From the IMG/VR virus record IMGVR_UViG_3300029338_000118: a stretch of 6,836 nt of DNA. One strand, 5' to 3'. The stretch comes from a virus. The notes below the pieces were generated by a model, which saw nothing but the letters and a program-made list of their open reading frames with translations, did not search any database and was not told the DNA's origin. How positions within the stretch are numbered: the stretch's first letter is position 1; each line of letters opens with the position of its first letter. A program made the translations under genes and the position numbers. Positions 4,500-6,836 of this stretch are shown here, piece by piece.

Positions 4500-6242
4500 A
4501 TGTGTCAGAATCTTCCTTTTACTAAGTGTCTTCACCCTGTTAAGGTGAGGACACTTAGAGGTATTCAACTTGTTAAGTGTGGTAAGTGTCCTGCTTGTGA
4601 AAATGCTTTGCGTTCTGAACTTCGTGCAAAGGTACAATTTGAAGAAAATAATGCACTTGCTTGTTTTTTTATTACAAACACATATTCAGATGCTAATCTT
4701 CCTTTGTTTTGTTTACGTAATGATTTGATTGAAGATAGCGATAAGCAATATAGTAAATCAGGCTCTACTATTGATGATGAGTTTTATCGTTCTTATAAAT
4801 CTATTAATTATACAGATATTTATGGCGATAAGCATACTTTTGAAGGTTCTTTCTCACTTGCTTCTCGTAATGTTGGTTTTTTCCCTTTATCTGAACGCAT
4901 TCAGGAAGATAATTATAATAAAAAACTTGATTCTTGGTGTCTTGATTTAGATAATTCTATTTATTCACGTTGCATTCTTGCACATGCTTCTGATCATTTT
5001 GATAATTTGTTAGCTGCTTATCATTCTCAACTTGAAAGTAATGTTGCTAAGTGTCGTTCTTTAGGTGTTCGAAATCATTCTTTGTCTTGGTATGATTTTG
5101 TTGATAATAATTACCTTGAATTAGATCATTTAAATTGCGTTCCATTGCTTTATTATCCTGATTTGCAGCGTTTTATTAAACGTTTAAGAAAGTTAATTTC
5201 AAAATTATTTCCTTATGAAAAGATACGTTACTACGCTATTGGAGAGTACGGGACAAGTTCCTACCGTCCGCATTGGCATATCTTATTGTTCACCAACTCG
5301 GCTAAAGTTGCCTCTTGGCTGCAACAGTCCTTTTACAAAAATGATGTTCTTTCAACAAAAGATAGAACAATTAACGGCTCCTCTATTTTGGATTCGCTCT
5401 GGAAATATGGTACTTGTACTATTGATAAGACAGATGGCAAAGCTAGTGGATATATTTCAAACTATGTTGTTGGCACTTCTGTGCTCCCAGAGATACTTAC
5501 ACGGCTTGCTCCGCAAAAAACCTTCCACTCTGTTCGATTCGGTTGTCCGTACACGAAGAGTGAGGTCCGTGAGTTCTTTCTTGGACGAAATTATGAACGG
5601 TTCTCAACAATTGAATATGTCTTGCCTACAGACTGCACTTTGCAATCTCGTCCCTTATGGCGGTCGTATTACTCTTTGTTCTTCCCTCAATTTGTTGGAT
5701 TTAACTCTTTGCCTGATGAAGAAAAATATAGAGTACTTACGGTGTATCCCAAACTTGCCTCATGGTTCTTCGAAACTAATGTAAGTGAACTTGCACGTAA
5801 GATTTATTTTCGTTGTATCGCCCCCTATCGAAAAGGTAAGGTACTTGATGAAGTTAGTGCACAAATCGCTAAGTTTTTTGATTGGTTTGATTGGTCTTCT
5901 GGTACTTCTTTAACACTCTCACCACTTCTTGGTGTGCTTTATGCTTCTAAGCGGTTTTTATCCATTTCTTCCGATTTTGGCTTTACCCCTCGACAGTATT
6001 TTGATATATGGCGTGATTTTGTCAATTGGCGTGATTATAAGTGTCTAGTACAACATTTAAATGATTGCCGTACAAATGAAATTTATCTTAATTGTTATTA
6101 TAAAATTTATTCGGGTACTGATATTTCTTTTGATTACTTAAATGATTCTGCTTTATTTAAAACATTCCGTTATGACGCTTTACGTACTAATCAACGGCTT
6201 GTTAAACATAAGGCTTTTGTTGAACAACTTAAAGGTATTTAA
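4500..6242 (+). CDS. VP4: Rolling-circle replication initiation protein VP4 (HUH endonuclease, phiX174 A-like).
   Basis: The product is 580 aa from the ATG at 4500; the track's 4491 start is a TTG. The N-terminal Cys cluster is CLHPVKV...VKCGKCPACENALRSELRAKV. Motif 1 is CFFITNTYSD, of FxTLTY type. Motif 2 (HUH) is YRPHWHILLF. Motif 3 is SGYISNYVVG, with two Tyr spaced YxxxY as in phiX174 A protein. The length fits the long alpavirus-type Rep. Confidence 0.9.
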   Translation: MCQNLPFTKCLHPVKVRTLRGIQLVKCGKCPACENALRSELRAKVQFEENNALACFFITNTYSDANLPLFCLRNDLIEDSDKQYSKSGSTIDDEFYRSYKSINYTDIYGDKHTFEGSFSLASRNVGFFPLSERIQEDNYNKKLDSWCLDLDNSIYSRCILAHASDHFDNLLAAYHSQLESNVAKCRSLGVRNHSLSWYDFVDNNYLELDHLNCVPLLYYPDLQRFIKRLRKLISKLFPYEKIRYYAIGEYGTSSYRPHWHILLFTNSAKVASWLQQSFYKNDVLSTKDRTINGSSILDSLWKYGTCTIDKTDGKASGYISNYVVGTSVLPEILTRLAPQKTFHSVRFGCPYTKSEVREFFLGRNYERFSTIEYVLPTDCTLQSRPLWRSYYSLFFPQFVGFNSLPDEEKYRVLTVYPKLASWFFETNVSELARKIYFRCIAPYRKGKVLDEVSAQIAKFFDWFDWSSGTSLTLSPLLGVLYASKRFLSISSDFGFTPRQYFDIWRDFVNWRDYKCLVQHLNDCRTNEIYLNCYYKIYSGTDISFDYLNDSALFKTFRYDALRTNQRLVKHKAFVEQLKGI

Positions 6243-6248
6243 TTAATT

Positions 6249-6836
6249 ATGTCTAAAGATTCAAATATTATGGGCTTTCATTCTATTAAGAATAAGGCTC
6301 ATTTTAACACATTTAATCTTGACCGCCGTAACTTGTTTACTGCAAAAATTGGTCAATTACTTCCTATCTTTTGTGAAGAGGTCATCCCAGGAGATGAGAT
6401 TCATATTAACATGCAGCATTTTTCTCGTTCTATGCCTGTACAGACTGCTGCTTTTACTCGTCTTAAGGAAAATATACAGTTCTTTTTTGTCCCTTACACT
6501 TCTCTCTGGTCGTTCTATCGTGACGCAATGAAGAATGTGCCTGTTAATCAGGCTGGTTTACCTAATACAATGCGTGCCCAGTCTCCTTTTGATTCTACTC
6601 CTCTTTCTTCTGAACTTCCTAGTTTCTCCTCTTTTGAGATTTATAAATGGTTCAAATATGTTTCTTCTAAGTTTGCTGATTCTGATGTCAACAATGTAGG
6701 TGGTTCTCATGCTCTTCGCCTTACTGAAAGTGCCCGTTTGCTTCAGTCTTTAGGCTATGGCAATTTTACTACCATTTCTAAAATCTATCGTGATGATGAG
6801 AAGAAACCTACTACTCTTATGCTTGACGGTAAATCA
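6249..6836 (+). CDS. VP1: Major capsid protein VP1 (phiX174 F-like), 5' part. It continues through the circular junction into 1..1569, for a full length of 2,019 nt and 672 aa.
   Basis: The ATG at 6249 lies 6 nt after the Rep stop and the frame stays open to the window end; the ORF track misses it because there is no in-window stop. My translation is MSKDSNIMGFHSIKNKAHFNTFNLDRRNLFTAKIGQLLPIFCEEVIPGDEIHINMQHFSRSMPVQTAAFTRLKENIQFFFVPYTSLW... The segment F-x-L-x(4-5)-x-T-x-x-x-G-x-L-x-P-x(5)-V-x-PGD is the characteristic N-terminal signature of Microviridae major capsid proteins. Confidence 0.9.
   Translation, partial: MSKDSNIMGFHSIKNKAHFNTFNLDRRNLFTAKIGQLLPIFCEEVIPGDEIHINMQHFSRSMPVQTAAFTRLKENIQFFFVPYTSLWSFYRDAMKNVPVNQAGLPNTMRAQSPFDSTPLSSELPSFSSFEIYKWFKYVSSKFADSDVNNVGGSHALRLTESARLLQSLGYGNFTTISKIYRDDEKKPTTLMLDGKS
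6699..6836. repeat. Terminal direct repeat, copy 2 (the same sequence as 1..138). It is an assembly or permutation overlap of a circular genome, not a biological repeat.
   Basis: Exact identity to 1..138. It lies inside the capsid ORF, so it cannot be an LTR- or att-type repeat. Confidence 0.95.

Noticed and set aside
4921-4955. phiX174-origin-like strings (AACTTGAT at 4922-4929 and CTTGATTTAGATAAT at 4940-4954 inside Rep, plus AACTTGATA at about 1150-1158 in VP1). They resemble the CAACTTG/ATATTAATAAC nick region, which in phiX174 also lies inside the Rep gene.
   Set aside because: CTT-GAT (Leu-Asp) is a favoured codon pair in this T-rich genome and CTTGAT occurs at several unrelated places. 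The similarity decays immediately after the 8-9-mer. Origin sequences are not known to be conserved between phiX-like and alpavirus-like Reps.

Overview
The window is one complete, circularly permuted Microviridae (ssDNA phage) genome. Positions 1-138 repeat exactly at 6699-6836, so the unit length is 6,698 nt and the major capsid gene runs across the window ends (6249..6836 joined to 1..1569). All supportable genes are on the + strand and tightly packed. The order is a Bacteroidota-type promoter motif (3952), a DUF5675/YkuD-like protein (4016-4381), a 32-aa membrane peptide (4383-4481), the HUH rolling-circle Rep VP4 (4500-6242), the major capsid VP1 (6249->1569), a 124-aa protein (1572-1946), the pilot/minor capsid VP2 (1950-3134) and an intrinsic terminator (3165-3199). 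The long VP1 and Rep, the lack of Shine-Dalgarno sequences, the TAnnTTTG promoter motif and the strong T bias on the coding strand point to an Alpavirinae-like gut microvirus with a Bacteroidales host; this is inference. The unusual part is the ~0.8 kb non-coding segment between terminator and promoter, about 12% of a genome type known for compaction. It holds an AT-rich tract bracketed by an inverted repeat, then a GC-enriched island packed with stem-loops. These include a 36-bp/80-nt hairpin, a 17-bp/53-nt hairpin, three copies of the ultra-stable GCGAAGC mini-hairpin motif and a tandem 17/18-nt repeat. Every non-Watson-Crick pair I traced in the major stems is G:T, so these stems fold better on the packaged + strand. 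Other points worth follow-up are a candidate two-gene lysis cassette (YkuD-like enzyme plus micro-TM peptide) and a codon-usage break inside Rep that coincides with a 189-aa +1-frame ORF.
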